This document shows, piece after piece, positions 29,402-42,650 of a DNA stretch of 64,000 bases. Under the pieces are notes generated by a model that saw nothing but the letters and a program-made list of their open reading frames with translations, was not told the origin of the DNA and made no database searches. The position numbers and the translations under genes are program-made. The DNA comes from Eledone cirrhosa (lineage: Eukaryota), in assembly GCA_964016885.1 (NCBI GenBank), contig OZ024760.1:22630001-22694000 (forward strand). Reading direction: 5' to 3'. Positions within the stretch are counted from its first letter, which is position 1; each line of letters begins with the position of its first letter.

Positions 29402-29626
29402 CTTGTTTTAAGTATTTCCGTAGAAAAGGTAAAGGAAAGAAGAGTGCTCAATGTATAGTACAGAGCTATTTAATTACATAATAAACAATACAATATAATT
29501 ATTCCATTACCTTGGGTAATGGATTAATTAAATTGTGTTTATTACGCACGCACACCTACCACACACACACACACATATATATATATAAACCAGTAGAACA
29601 AGTATTTATTGGTAGTACTGAGCAAA

Positions 29627-29702
29627 AGTTTAAGCAAAGAATTTCTGCTTTCACCTTAAACGAGATCAACTGAAACTCAATAGTTTCAGTTGATCTCGCT
29701 TA
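29627..29702 (-). mobile_element. Family B hammerhead-like relic with short foldback
   Basis: Core degraded to CAGTTGA. CGAGATCAACTGAAACT is followed by its reverse complement. Confidence 0.55.
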
Positions 29703-29770
29703 GCGAGGAATCTGTACTACTACTACTAATATATATATATATATAATATATATATATAGAGAGAGAGGTG

Positions 29771-29830
29771 GTTATACCGGCTAGTTCACCATACCGAGAA
29801 CAATTGTTCCCGGTATGGTGAACTAACCAC
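29771..29830. repeat. Imperfect palindrome centred on AACAATTGTT
   Basis: TAGTTCACCATACCGAGAACAATTGTTCCCGGTATGGTGAACTA. Confidence 0.8.
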
Positions 29831-29978
29831 TGTGTAACCATTTCTAACTAACCCGTCCCACGGACAGAGTGCCCTACCACTACGGATATTGCCTTCCAGT
29901 ATTCTACCACTATATATATATATTGATTTAAAACTTCACTATTCACAAGTGTTTTTAAAGCTTCATATCATGTCTCCC

Positions 29979-30049
29979 TATTTTACCTGATGAGAACGCA
30001 GATATCATCCCATGATGATATTTGTTTTTGAAATGCGCATAATAAAATA
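29979..30049 (+). ncRNA. Type I hammerhead ribozyme motif
   Basis: TATTTTAC-CTGATGA-[GAACGCAGATATCATC/GATGATATTTGTTTTT]-GAAA-TGCGCA-TA-ATAAAATA. Confidence 0.8.
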
Positions 30050-30361
30050 CTTGGAATTCTTTTAACCATCTTTTGATCTTATATACGCGCGCGCACACCT
30101 ACCTACCTCCCTCCCTCCCCCCTCCCTCCCTCCCTCCCTCTTAAGGGGAACACAAACATAAGGCCAGCTTTCGGCTGCCTACTGTGGATCGCTGGTGTTT
30201 CGATGTAGTAAAGACAGTACATCTCACCACATTAACATATCAGTCATCACACAACGCCTTTGTCAGTTTTAATTCATATATATTTGTGTGTAAACTCGTA
30301 ACTCGATTTGATCAACATTCCCCCTCTCCATTATTGTCCTCGTACCTAAATCTGAAATCAT

Positions 30362-31410
30362 ATTGGCAGTATCGGTAGAGGGTCGGACGCCATGCTTTGG
30401 CGCATAGAGTTACAGCCCTTGCCATTCTGAGTTCAAATCCCGTCGAGGTTAACTTTGCCTTTCATCCTTACGGTGTCGATAAAATAAAGTACCAGTAATA
30501 TACTGGTTAATTGCTGGTCTTGTGCCAAAAGTAGAAACAATTATTATTCTCTTAATTGTTTCTACGTTAGGCACAAGGCCAGCAAATACCCAGTGTATTA
30601 CTGGTACTTATTATTATTCTAATAATGTGAGTTCAAATGCCACCAAGGTTAACTTTGCCTTTCACCTTTACGTGGTCGATAAAATAAAGCACCAGTAATG
30701 TACCGGGGTCGATTATATCGACTTTCCCAACCCCCAAATTACTGGCCTTGTGCCTATACTAGAAATCATTATTATTCTAATCAATATTATTGAGTTCTGA
30801 TTTCAAATTTAGCCGAGATTAGCTTCAGCGTTCATCCTTACGGGGTCGATAAAATAAAGTACCAGTAACGCACTGAGGTCAATTTAATGTACTTTCCCTT
30901 CTCCACAACTGCTGGCCTTAAACCTAAATAAAAAACCAGGTGGATTGGCTGTATCGATAGAGGGTCGGACGCATAATGTTCTGGCCCTTTACACACACAC
31001 ACACACCACACACCACACACCACACCTCTCCCCAAGACGAACGCCGCAACAGTAGTACGGATGGATCGTAAAGTTACGGCTCTTTATAGTCTGAGTTCAA
31101 ATCCCGTCGAGGTTAACTTTGCCTTTCATCCTTATGAGGTCAATAAAATAAAGTACCAGTAATACACTTGGGACAGTTGCTGACCTTGTGCCAATTGCTG
31201 ACCTTGTGCCAAAAGTAGGAACAATTATTACAGGCATTGCAGCACATAGTTACTACTTCTTAAGTTCTGGGTTCAAATCCTGCCGAGGTTAGCTTTGCCG
31301 TTCATCCTTACGGGGTCGATAAAATAAAGTACCAGTAATGTACTGAGGTCAATTTAATGGACTTTCTCTTCTCATTAAGTTGTTGGTCTTGAGCCAAAAT
31401 ATTAAGCCAT
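30362..31410 (+). mobile_element. Cluster of ~6 tRNA-SINE copies and fragments (one minus fragment at 30555-30612)
   Basis: Repeated B-box and GTCGATAAAATAAAGTACCAG. Both short and long 3' variants are present. Confidence 0.85.
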
Positions 31411-32139
31411 TATAACTATTACTGTGGCCAAACAAATACGAAATTTTCACGTTGACTGAGCACGTATTTACAAGAAGAAAAACAATATATTACAACATCA
31501 ATAAAATCTAGATTGGATATGAGGAATTATTAGTTGGTAACACAAGTATTTAACAATAAAATCTTTCTCTAAAACTGTAGCATCGTAACGGAAGATTTAT
31601 TACTAACGAAATAACAATGAGAAGATTAAAAATCAAGATACACCCAAGTATGCAAATAAGGACTATTTTATGGTGGTTGAAAGTATAAAGGTTAAGAAAA
31701 AAAATTTAAAATAAAATTTAAAAAAACATCAAGAGGAAAAAATGAAAAAAAAAAAGAGAAAAAATGATGAAAAAAAATAAAAAAAAACGAAAAAATGAAA
31801 AAAATGGAAAACAAAAACGAGATATGCAAAAATCATGAGATAACAATGCCATTCCTATGATACTTGACTATGAATTTGTGGCAATAAACTCCACCAAAAA
31901 CAAACCAAAGCTAATAGACACTTCATTCAGAAGATAAGACAAAGACAATATTGAAGTGATCAGAGAATTCAGGAAGTTTAACGTTCCAAAAATAAGATAA
32001 TCTTGAATATAAAAAATAGATAACGTTTGAGAAATTCCTGTTTTTATGGTTTTCTATATGTAAGTATATATATATATATATATATATGTATAATGTTTCT
32101 ATGTTTATATCCATATGTAGTTTATATACACATACATTT

Positions 32140-32171
<32 letters not shown>

Positions 32172-32388
32172 GTGGAGAATAACGATACCTCGTTAATACA
32201 CGCGCACGCACACGCGGGTGTACGGGAGCCTTACATGGTCTCAACCCTTTGGCTGGTACAGGTTAAAAGGCAAAAGAGTATATATACAAATATATTTCTT
32301 CGGAAACACTTGGCCAATATCCCGTGTTCAATGCGAAGTGGTAAGGTACTCAATACGTTAGTAGAGTGTATACAATAAACCTAATATA

Positions 32389-32495
32389 GAAATGGTTTCT
32401 ACTGGACTAGAACTGTTTCATTCGAAGGAAATCTTCAATAAAGTCCTAATGTTTCCCTTCCAGTGAAACAGTTCTAGTCCTGTAGAAGCCATTTC
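32389..32495. mobile_element. Foldback with degenerate hammerhead on the minus strand (family C)
   Basis: ~32-bp inverted arms. Minus 32404-32446 reads GGACT(TT)A-TTGAAGA-TTTCCTTCGAAT-GAAA-CAGT-TC-TAGTCC. Confidence 0.55.
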
Positions 32496-32557
32496 GATAT
32501 AAAATTTCTTATATATATATATGTATACGTATTCTAAACACTATTATTAAGTTCTGA

Positions 32558-33355
32558 GGGCGGTGGCAGTATCGGTAGAGGGTCGGACGCCATGCTTTGC
32601 AGCACAGTTACGTCCCTTTACGGACTGAGTTCAAATCCCGCCGAGGTTAACTTTGCCTTTCATCCTTACGGGGTCGATAAAATAAAGTACCAGTAATGTA
32701 CTGGGTAATTGCTGGCCTTGTGCCAATAGTAGAAACAATTATTAGGGCGGCGGATTCGCAGTATCGGTGGAAGGTCGGACGCCATGTTTTCCAGCATAGT
32801 TACGTCCCTTTACGATCTGAGTTCAAATCCCGCCGAGGTTGACTTTGCCTTTCATCCTTACGGGGTCGATAAAATAAAGTACCAGTAATGCACTGGGTAA
32901 TTGCTGGCCTTGTGCCTAAAGTAGAAACAATTATTAAGTTCTGAGTTTAAATCGTACTGAAGTTAGCTTTCCCTTTCAGCCTTACACTGTGGATAAAGTA
33001 AAGTACCAGTCATCCACTGGGGTCGATTTAAGCAAATTTCCCCTCGCCAAATCTATTGTCCTCGTCCCTAAATCAGGTGAATTGGCAGTATCGGTAGAGG
33101 GTCGGACGCAATGCTTTGCAGCATAGTTACGTCCCTTTACGGTTTGAGATCGAATTCAACCGTGGTTAACTTTGGCATTTATCCTTACTGGGTCGATAAA
33201 ATAAAGTAGCAGTAATACACTGGATGATTGCTGGCCTTCTGCCAAAAGTAGAAACAATTATTAAGTTCTGAGTTCAAATCAAGGTGGATAAAATAAGCTA
33301 CGAGTCACACACTGGGGTCGATTTAATCGATTTTCTCCCCTCCCACTAATCTGTT
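32558..33355 (+). mobile_element. Head-to-tail cluster of five tRNA-SINE copies and fragments
   Basis: Copies at ~32558, 32744, 32937, 33077 and 33264. ATTATTAAGTTCTGAG recurs at the junctions. Confidence 0.88.
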
Positions 33356-34289
33356 ATCATCAGTCTAGTTCACTCTCTTCCTACCTCTTTCTCTCTTCCC
33401 ATCTCTCTCTCTCTCGCTCTCTCTCTTCCTCTCTTTGTACCTCTCTCTCTCTCTCGCTCTCTCTCTTCCTACCTCTCTCTCTCTCTCTCTCTCGCTCTCT
33501 CTTCCTACCTCTCTCTCTCTTCCTACCTCTCTCTCTTCCTACCTCTCTCTCCCTCTCTTCCTACCCCTCTCTCTCTCTCTCTCTCTCCCTCTCTTCCTAC
33601 CTCTCTCTCACTCTCTTCCTACCCCTCTCTCTCTCTTCCTACCTCTCTCTCTCACTCTCTTCCTACCTCTCTCTCACGCTCTTCCTACCTCTCTCTCACG
33701 CTCTTCCTACCTCTCTCTCTGCCTTACACCCCCTCCCTATATATCACCTTCTACCTTTCCTTCCCCGTGCTCTTCTCTGCCCTATCATCTAACCTTATCG
33801 GCCCCTCTGTCTAAACGAGTATAAATTATATTATTCCAGGTTATCCCAGCTAACATTTGGCATGGCTGCTATAAAGTGATGAACGCTCAACAGTGATTTA
33901 TGTGGTGTAGCGCTCCATTACGACAATCCTCGTGGGTGTAATAGAGATATGTGAGAATATAGTAATTGCTTAAGTGGGCATACCGAGGAGGGGGGTGGAG
34001 ACACACTTTCCCACATACACATGCATAAGTATATCTATATTTGTGCTTACACACACAAACACACACACACACGTGTACGTCGTATGGATATATATATACA
34101 GTGTATATATATATATATATATATATACAGTATATATATATACATATATACAGTATATATATATACATATATATATGTATGTATGTATGTATGGATATAT
34201 ATACAGTATATATATATACATATATATATGTATGTATGGATATATATACAGTATATATATATACATATATATATGTATGTATGTATGGA

Positions 34290-34325
<36 letters not shown>

Positions 34326-34357
34326 TAGATATATATACAGTATATATATATATACAC

Positions 34358-34388
<31 letters not shown>

Positions 34389-34697
34389 TATATATATATA
34401 TATGGATATATATACAGTATATATATATGTATGGATATATAAACACACACATATATAAATATATATATATTATAGTGGAGACAGTAAAAACAAAAACAAA
34501 AAAAAAAAAGCATGGCGGGGAGAGGCAGTACAAATATGACGAAGGGGAAGTGTAGATCATTATGCTTATATTATATAAAGATATTTAAATATATATATGT
34601 TATATAATCTAGTGCACACAGTGTATGTCATAGTATTGTTTTAGCACACTTGGGTTTGAGAATGTTACATTATACAAAACACACACATATATATACA

Positions 34698-34880
34698 TAA
34701 TTGTTTCTACTTTAGGCACAAGGCCAGCAATTACCCAGTGTATTACTGGTACTGTATGTTATCGACCCCGTAAGGATAAAAGGCAAAGTCAACCTCGGCG
34801 GAATTTGAACTCAGATCGTAAAGGGACGTAACTATGCTGGAAAGCATGGCGTCCGACCCTCTACCGATAGTGCCAATCCA
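34698..34880 (-). mobile_element. Full-length tRNA-SINE
   Basis: Reverse complement of the family consensus. Confidence 0.9.
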
Positions 34881-35181
34881 CACATATATATACATAATGT
34901 CTCTCGTCTCTTACTCCACTGAACACAGTTTGGCTTCTGTCAGACGTTGTGAACTGCTAAAGCCCATAGTAACGTCAGTTGACCCTCTAATTCTCAAGTT
35001 CTCTCTCTATATATATATATACGCTTTTCTCTCTATCTCCGTCTTTTGTATTTGTCCTTAACACTAAGACTTACTAAAATAATATAAACAAACCACTATC
35101 CTGATGTCCTCCAAAAGTAATGGTCGCATTTTGAAAGGGTACGTCAATGCTTATTTGTAAAACTGATATATATATATATTG

Positions 35182-35246
35182 TATTTTGTCTGATGAAGGC
35201 ATACCATAATTTAACTTGGTATCCTTGAAATATGTATAATGAAATA
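35182..35246 (+). ncRNA. Type I hammerhead ribozyme motif (family A)
   Basis: TATTTTGT-CTGATGA-[AGGCATACCA/TGGTATCCTT]-GAAA-TATGTA-TA-ATGAAATA, with overlapping AATAAA. Confidence 0.8.
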
Positions 35247-35307
35247 AATATGGTTTTATAAATATAGTTTCCATTTATTTATATATATATATATATATTT
35301 ATTTTTT

Positions 35308-35863
35308 TAGTCCAGAATCAGCCGTCGAAACGGCTTGAGCTCAGCCGTCGGGGTCCTACTCGTTCCTATTACCCACACTACTACCCTAAGTATTGAGTAC
35401 TTTGGTGCGTTATGGTCCACCTGGTTCCTTACCACATTTCTTTCGTTATATATATATATATATATATATATATTCGGGTCCGACGAGCCGCAGATTACAG
35501 AGTCGGTTAAGATCGATACAGATCGAACTTTGAGCTGATCAGTGGCGTAACGCGCGTCACCAACCAGTAAATGTAATGAAGGAGTAACCACTAGTCCTTG
35601 TTACCTTTTCACTATACTACGCTCTGTCTAGCTCTACACCTCGACACTGAAGTGAACCTAAACATCGAGTGCTCACTCGGGTGAACCTACAGTAACTCCA
35701 AGTTACACTCCCTGTATGTATATATGTATATATATATATAGGAAGGGAGTCAGGACCCCGACGGCAGAGCTCAAGCCGTTTCAGCAGCTATTTTTAGACT
35801 CTTACTACTATTGAGTACTCTGGTGCGTTATAGTCCATCTGGTTCCTTACCACACCTCCTTCG

Positions 35864-35870
<7 letters not shown>
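35308..35870. mobile_element. Two family D element copies (35308-35450, 35740-35870)
   Basis: Match 26373-26513. The second copy is rearranged. Both are bounded by (TA)n. Confidence 0.7.
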
Positions 35871-35903
<33 letters not shown>

Positions 35904-35943
35904 TCAAAATATTAATAAATATAGACGTTCATGTAATCAAATA

Positions 35944-36009
35944 TATTTTATTATATATATTTCGGAGATACTGTGCTGTTTCCTCAGTACGTCCTCATCA
36001 GATGTCATA
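35944..36009 (-). ncRNA. Type I hammerhead ribozyme motif (stem I partly decayed)
   Basis: TATGACAT-CTGATGA-[GGACGTACTG/CAGTATCTCC]-GAAA-TATATA-TA-ATAAAATA. Confidence 0.7.
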
Positions 36010-36049
36010 CATCAATTTATATATTTTATATCTCAACTGTGCTGATGGT

Positions 36050-37134
36050 AGGTAATGCGGTTGTTGCTCTTGCTGGTGTTATTGCTGCTGTTGTTGTTGC
36101 TATTGTTGTTGCTGCTGCTGTTGATGTTGCTATTGTTGTTGTGCTGTTGGTAGTGCGGTTGTTGTTGCTGTTGGTAGTGCGGTTGTTGTTGCTGTTGTTG
36201 TTGTTGTTGTTGCTGTTGTACTTGCTGGTGTTAATACTGTTACTGTTGTGTGTTACTGACGTTGTCGTTGTCACTGCTGCTGTTGTTGCTGCTGTTGTTG
36301 TTGTTGTTGTTCAAGTATGTTTTGATCTTTTGTTTCCTCCTTTCCACAAGAATGCCGCCATTTTCCCCATTGTTGCACAATTCAAACTTCATTTCATTTC
36401 TTTTCATCTAAAGAGACAACCAACAAGGCAAACTGTTGTCACCAATGTCTTTGATATCATCATCACCATCATCATCATCATCACCATCATCATCACCATC
36501 ACCATCACCATCATCACCATCACCATCATCGCCATCACCATCACCATCACCATCATTATCATTATAATCACTATCATTATCATTATCATCACCATCATCA
36601 CCATCATCAGATCATGATCATGATCATCACCATCATTATAATTAACATCAACACTATCACCAACACCATCATCATCACCAACAGCATCATCACCATCACC
36701 ATCATTATAATTATCACCATCACCATCATCATTATCATCAGATCATGATCATCACCATCATCACCAACACCATCATCATCATCAGATCATGATCATCATC
36801 ACCATCATCATCAGATCATGATCATCATCACCTCACCATCATTATATTTAACATCATCACCATCACCATCACCATCAGATCATGATCATCATCACCTCAC
36901 CATCATTATATTTAACATCATCACCATCACCATCATCATCACCATCATCACCATCATCACCATCACCATCACCATCATCATCATCACCATCACCATCATC
37001 ATCATCATCACCATCACCATCGTTATTAATATCGTCGATGTCATCATCTACATAAATTCCATCAACCTCATCCTCCACCTCTTACTCTTCCCCGCCATTC
37101 CCGCCATTCCCGTCATCAACGTCAACAACAGCAT

Positions 37135-37165
<31 letters not shown>

Positions 37166-37503
37166 ATAGATATGTGTATAATTATATGTATGTATACACG
37201 ATATATGTGTATAGTTATGTGTATGTATGTATATATGTGTTTGTGTGTATATTTGTATGTATGTGTGTGTGCATATATATGTGTGTATATTTATATATAT
37301 ATGTACAAATATGTGTGTGTGTGTGTATATATGTGCATGTATGTGTGTATATATATACATGTGTGTGTGCATGTATGTGTATATATATATATATGTGTGT
37401 GTATGTATATGTGTATATATATGTATATGTATATATATGTATATGTATATATGTGTATATGTATATAGATGTATAGATGTATATATATGTGTATATATGT
37501 ATA

Positions 37504-37537
<34 letters not shown>

Positions 37538-37733
37538 TATATGTATATGTATATATATGGGTGTGTATATATGTATGTATATGTATATATATATATGTGT
37601 TATATATTTTTGAATGTATATTTGTTTATATATATATATATATATATATGTATGTTATATATTTTTGAATGTATATTTGTTTATATATATATATATATAT
37701 ATATGTATGTTATATATTTTTGAATGTATATTT

Positions 37734-37772
<39 letters not shown>

Positions 37773-37865
37773 AGTTATATATTTTTGAATGTATATTTGT
37801 TTATATATATTATATATATATATATATATATGTATGTTATATATTTTTGTGTGTATATTTATGTT

Positions 37866-37903
<38 letters not shown>

Positions 37904-38118
37904 AATATTTATATATATATTCTGTGTGTATTTACATGTGCAGGGACCTCTTTCATCTTTGTTGTTGTTGGTTGCTCTCTCTAAGTAGTTCCGTGTCAGC
38001 TCTGACAAAGCAGATCACGTGGGGCGAAACTTGAAGGTGATTCAACTACCAATTAAAGCAGGTCGAGAGTCCGAATCACAGCCTAGTTCGTTGACTCTGC
38101 TTCTCTGTAATTGGGTGG

Positions 38119-38166
<48 letters not shown>

Positions 38167-38221
38167 TTGTATTTATGTGTATATATGTGTGGGTATATAT
38201 ATATATTTGTATTTATGTGTA

Positions 38222-38254
<33 letters not shown>

Positions 38255-38273
38255 TTGTATTTATGTGTATATA

Positions 38274-38320
<47 letters not shown>

Positions 38321-38343
38321 GTATTTATGTGTATATATGTGTG

Positions 38344-38378
<35 letters not shown>

Positions 38379-38398
38379 ATTTATGTGTATTATATGTA

Positions 38399-38443
<45 letters not shown>

Positions 38444-38578
38444 GTATTTATGTGTATATATGTGTGTGTATATATATATATCTGTATTTATGTGTAAATA
38501 TGTGTGTGTATATATATATATATATATGTATTTATGTGTATATATGTGTGTGTATATATATATATATATCTGTATTTA

Positions 38579-38609
<31 letters not shown>

Positions 38610-38681
38610 TTGTATTTATGTGTATATATATGTGTGTATATATATATATATACACATATATATATATATTTGTATTTATAT

Positions 38682-38728
<47 letters not shown>

Positions 38729-38776
38729 CATTTATATATATATACACATATATATATATATTTGTATTTATATGTA

Positions 38777-38807
<31 letters not shown>

Positions 38808-38832
38808 TTGTATTTATGTGCATATGTGTGTG

Positions 38833-38869
<37 letters not shown>

Positions 38870-38944
38870 ATTTATGTGTATATATGTGTGTATATATATA
38901 TGTCTGTATTTATGTGAATATATATATATCGGTATTTATGTGTG

Positions 38945-38983
<39 letters not shown>

Positions 38984-39277
38984 CTCTGTATTTATGTGTA
39001 TATATGTGTGTATATATATATATGTCTGTATTTATGTGTATGTATGTGTGTATATATGTGTGTATATATATATGTCTCTGTATTTATGTGTGTGTGTATA
39101 TATATATATATACATGTGCTAATATGTATGGGTATGTGTAGTTGTGTCTACACAAAGACACACACAGATATATACTCTGTACCCAAAATTATAAACACTT
39201 TCATTAGAATGTGGTTGAAATGTGTATACGTTTTGGGGGATTCTTGCTCTCACTCTCGCTCTCTCTCGCTCTCTCCC

Positions 39278-39326
<49 letters not shown>

Positions 39327-39330
39327 GTAT
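36050..39330. repeat. (GTT)n, (CAT)n and (TA/TG)n fields with core-plus-(TA)n arrays
   Basis: Direct reading. A unique island lies at 37930-38115. Confidence 0.9.
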
Positions 39331-40214
39331 ATATGAGTGTAATTTGTTATTGATGGAAAACTATTTAAAATATGTTTTCTACAAATAAAGAGATGAAAAG
39401 AACAGAACAGCTGGCAAATATAAGATTCTATGGACACGACCATGTAGTGAACAGAAGGGAAATATTTAGTGGCATTTACGAAAACAAAGCTTCAGCATAT
39501 AGCAGAGTAGAAATTTAGAAGTCAATCTCTCTCAGTCTGTCTCTCTCTCTACCTGTATATATATATATATATATACACACATACATATATATATATAGAT
39601 ATATAGTAAAAAGGAAAAGAAATACAGTACAAAATGCTGGAGGGATTTTTTTCAGTAAAATATCAGAAGATTTATTTACAAAGTAGCGATTTCCGCATTT
39701 AATCATTTACCGGTTTCAGCATTATATGCTTTTTCAACGACGGAAGTGTAAAGTGCAGATTTATACGAATAATACTAAAATGGAGAAGAAAAATGATTAG
39801 TTTTCACATACATATATAGAGAGGAAAGTTCATATTTCTGTCCGAAGCTCACTTTCGCTCTGTGTTAGTGTTGAATAACAGAGGCGGTTATTTAAAAAAA
39901 AAAAATATATATATATATATAGGAGGCCAAAAATGTTGAATTTCCTTAATTATTTATTTCAGCAAACACTATGCACATTTCAGTGGCTAGGTTGCGTAAG
40001 AACCTGGTGACATCTTCAGATGTAAATTGCGTAAAAGATGTATTACAAGGGAATGATAGTAAATTTAAGGAAACAACCAAAGAAAAAATCAGAAGAAAAA
40101 AAGTGTCTTTGTTTTTCACACAGAGACGAACGAAGCAGAATGTTTTTATCATGTCTTGTTGCCTAATTAATTAGAGACTAATTAACCTTTGATATATATA
40201 TGTATATATATATG

Positions 40215-40245
<31 letters not shown>

Positions 40246-40290
40246 GTATATATATATATATATGTATATATATATGTATATATATATATG

Positions 40291-40321
<31 letters not shown>

Positions 40322-40328
40322 GTATATA

Positions 40329-40430
<102 letters not shown>

Positions 40431-41106
40431 CGTGTGTGTGTGGGTGTGAACGTGTGTATAAGAAGGGGCTTCAAAAGCTTCGTAGAAAAAATGTATAGCT
40501 AAATACCATATGTGTGGGTATATTGATACATATGTACAGGGGCCGAAAAACCACATTTGCATATGGAGCTGAAACAACAATTTCTTTGACATACCTGTAT
40601 ACATATAGGTATGCGTATTTGTATATCTATATATGTACGGTATTTTTTACGAATACACATTTGAAAGCCTTTGGCTATGAATTTTGGAATCTCATAATCT
40701 AAGCCATCAGTATATTTATTTATGAAATTTGTTTTCTATATATAATTTTTTGACTAATTTAATTCGATTGACTTTGATTGAAAGAATAAAAAATAGCGAT
40801 TCTAGACTGATTATATAACACATACAAAGAAACTTGTGTCAGTGTTATGCAGTAAATGACGATCTCATTATTGTGGAATGTGGCGTTTTAAAATACATTT
40901 ATTTCTATATTTCTATATGTATTTGTATATATAATCTGTAGTGCCAATTATTATCAGTTATAATTCTCCGTTTAACTTACAGAAGTTCCTAGCAACATTC
41001 TCTTTCCAGTAATAATTTCATATATTACAGTAAAAATGGAAATATATGGCTACCAACTATGAGACTATGTACAAATAAATGTATTGAGATTTAGTCAGAA
41101 ACAGAG

Positions 41107-41152
<46 letters not shown>

Positions 41153-41266
41153 TCATGCATGCACGTAGAATGTATACAGGTTCAACATTTAGAATATCGA
41201 TATCAAACACATAAACGTATTGAGATATAGTCAGAAATACTAACAGTTGTATGTATATATATATAT

Positions 41267-41425
41267 ATAGGAACCAGTAAGACCCCGACGGCTGAGCTCA
41301 AGCCGTTTCGACGGTTAATTCTAGACCCATAAACAGCCGTCAAAACGGCTTCAGCTCTGCCGTTGGGGTTAAATATTTTACTATTACCCACTCTACTACC
41401 TTAAGTATTGAGTACTATGGTCCAT
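41267..41425. mobile_element. Family D foldback copy (imperfect arms)
   Basis: GAGCTCAAGCCGTTTCGACGG...CCGTCAAAACGGCTTCAGCTC plus the TACCCACTCTACTACC tail. Confidence 0.7.
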
Positions 41426-41614
41426 AGATAGTAAATAGACCGTTTGTGGGCCCTAGGGACCACATTTTTCAAAGTAGAGATTTGAAACCTCGTCTATTTG
41501 CTTCCTTGGCACTTTTTACATAGGTGTGTACATTTTCATGTCCGTCCGACCACGTCTACTCCCATTTAACCATGCACATCTGCATTTCAACCACCACCAC
41601 CCATTTCACAAATA

Positions 41615-41652
<38 letters not shown>

Positions 41653-41715
41653 GATATTAAATAAATGGAAACTATATTTATAAAACCATATTTATTTCAT
41701 TATACATATTTCAGG

Positions 41716-41893
41716 TGGATTGGCAGTATCGGTTGAGGGTCGGACGCCATGCTTTCCAGCATAGTTACGTCCCTTTACGATCTAAGTTCGAATCCGGCCG
41801 AGGTTGACTTTGCCTTTCATCCTTACGGGGTCGATAAATAAAGTACCAGTAATGCACTGGGTAATTGCTGGCCTTGTGCCTAAAGTAGAAACA
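41716..41893 (+). mobile_element. tRNA-SINE with 17-bp TSD
   Basis: ATTATACATATTTCAGG at 41699-41715 and 41894-41910. Confidence 0.95.
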
Positions 41894-42031
41894 ATTATAC
41901 ATATTTCAGGGATCCCAAATTAAAATATGGTATGCCTTCATCAGACAAAATACAATATATAAACAGTTTTATAAATAATTTTGATACGGGTAGGGTACGT
42001 CAAAATTATTTATAAAACTTTTTATATATTG

Positions 42032-42096
42032 TATTTTGTCTGATGAAGGCATACCATATTTTAATTTGGTATCCCTGAAATATGTATAATGAAATA
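42032..42096 (+). ncRNA. Type I hammerhead ribozyme motif (family A)
   Basis: TATTTTGT-CTGATGA-[AGGCATACCA/TGGTATCCCT]-GAAA-TATGTA-TA-ATGAAATA. Confidence 0.82.
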
Positions 42097-42531
42097 AATA
42101 TGGTTTTATAAATATAGTTTCCATTTATTTAATATCGTATATCTACTCCAAAAACTTGAGTGCTTTATATCAGTTATAAAATATTTACTTGTTGTATCCC
42201 AACAATTTTAAATAGAACTTTTGCATATATATATATATATATACCCACACACACACACAAGCCGAATGTATAAAAGTTCGACATTTTAAATATTATTTGG
42301 ATGATGAGTGTTGACTTGTAAGAAATGTTTCACTCGATTAACACACATATCCACATTTCATTTATAGCACACCCATACACCCACACTAACACACACACAC
42401 ACACTTACACACATTATGCTTTCTTAAGAGGTGATTCTTGTCACGTCAGAGTTCCATCTCTCCATACTCAATAACATCATCAGGGAAGACGATTTATTGT
42501 TGTTTTTTTTCTACCTTTCTTTTTATCTCAG

Positions 42532-42650
42532 GTTGATCAATCAGGTCAGCTTCATAAGACATGATGTCAATGTTGAGAGGGATTCTGTCTTTAGAATTGA
42601 ATCTGAACCTTTGATCCAAAAGAGTAACGGATGTTCACCTGTCAAAAAAA
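42532..42650 (+). CDS. Candidate internal coding exon (119 bp), product unknown
   Basis: Long polypyrimidine tract plus CAG acceptor and GTAAGA donor. The open frame reads LINQVSFIRHDVNVERDSVFRIESEPLIQKSNGCSPVKK. Confidence 0.45.

Larger units (their letters stand above)
41649..42140. mobile_element. Family A foldback with hammerheads on both strands; left arm interrupted by a SINE
   Basis: 41649-41715 plus 41911-41977 is the reverse complement of ~41999-42140. Confidence 0.8.

Noticed and set aside
33357-33363. Isolated TCATCAG
   Set aside because: No stem II or GAAA context on the minus strand.
35474-35560. CCGACGA and CTGATCA...TAACGCGCGTC hammerhead-like traces
   Set aside because: GAAA is missing and the stems are weak; at best a decayed relic.
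39380-40170. Short complex ORFs in unique islands
   Set aside because: No recognisable protein and no convincing splice pair.
40458-40700. Mariner-like terminus (also a Tc1-like end at ~39172)
   Set aside because: Too degraded, and no partner inverted repeat was found.
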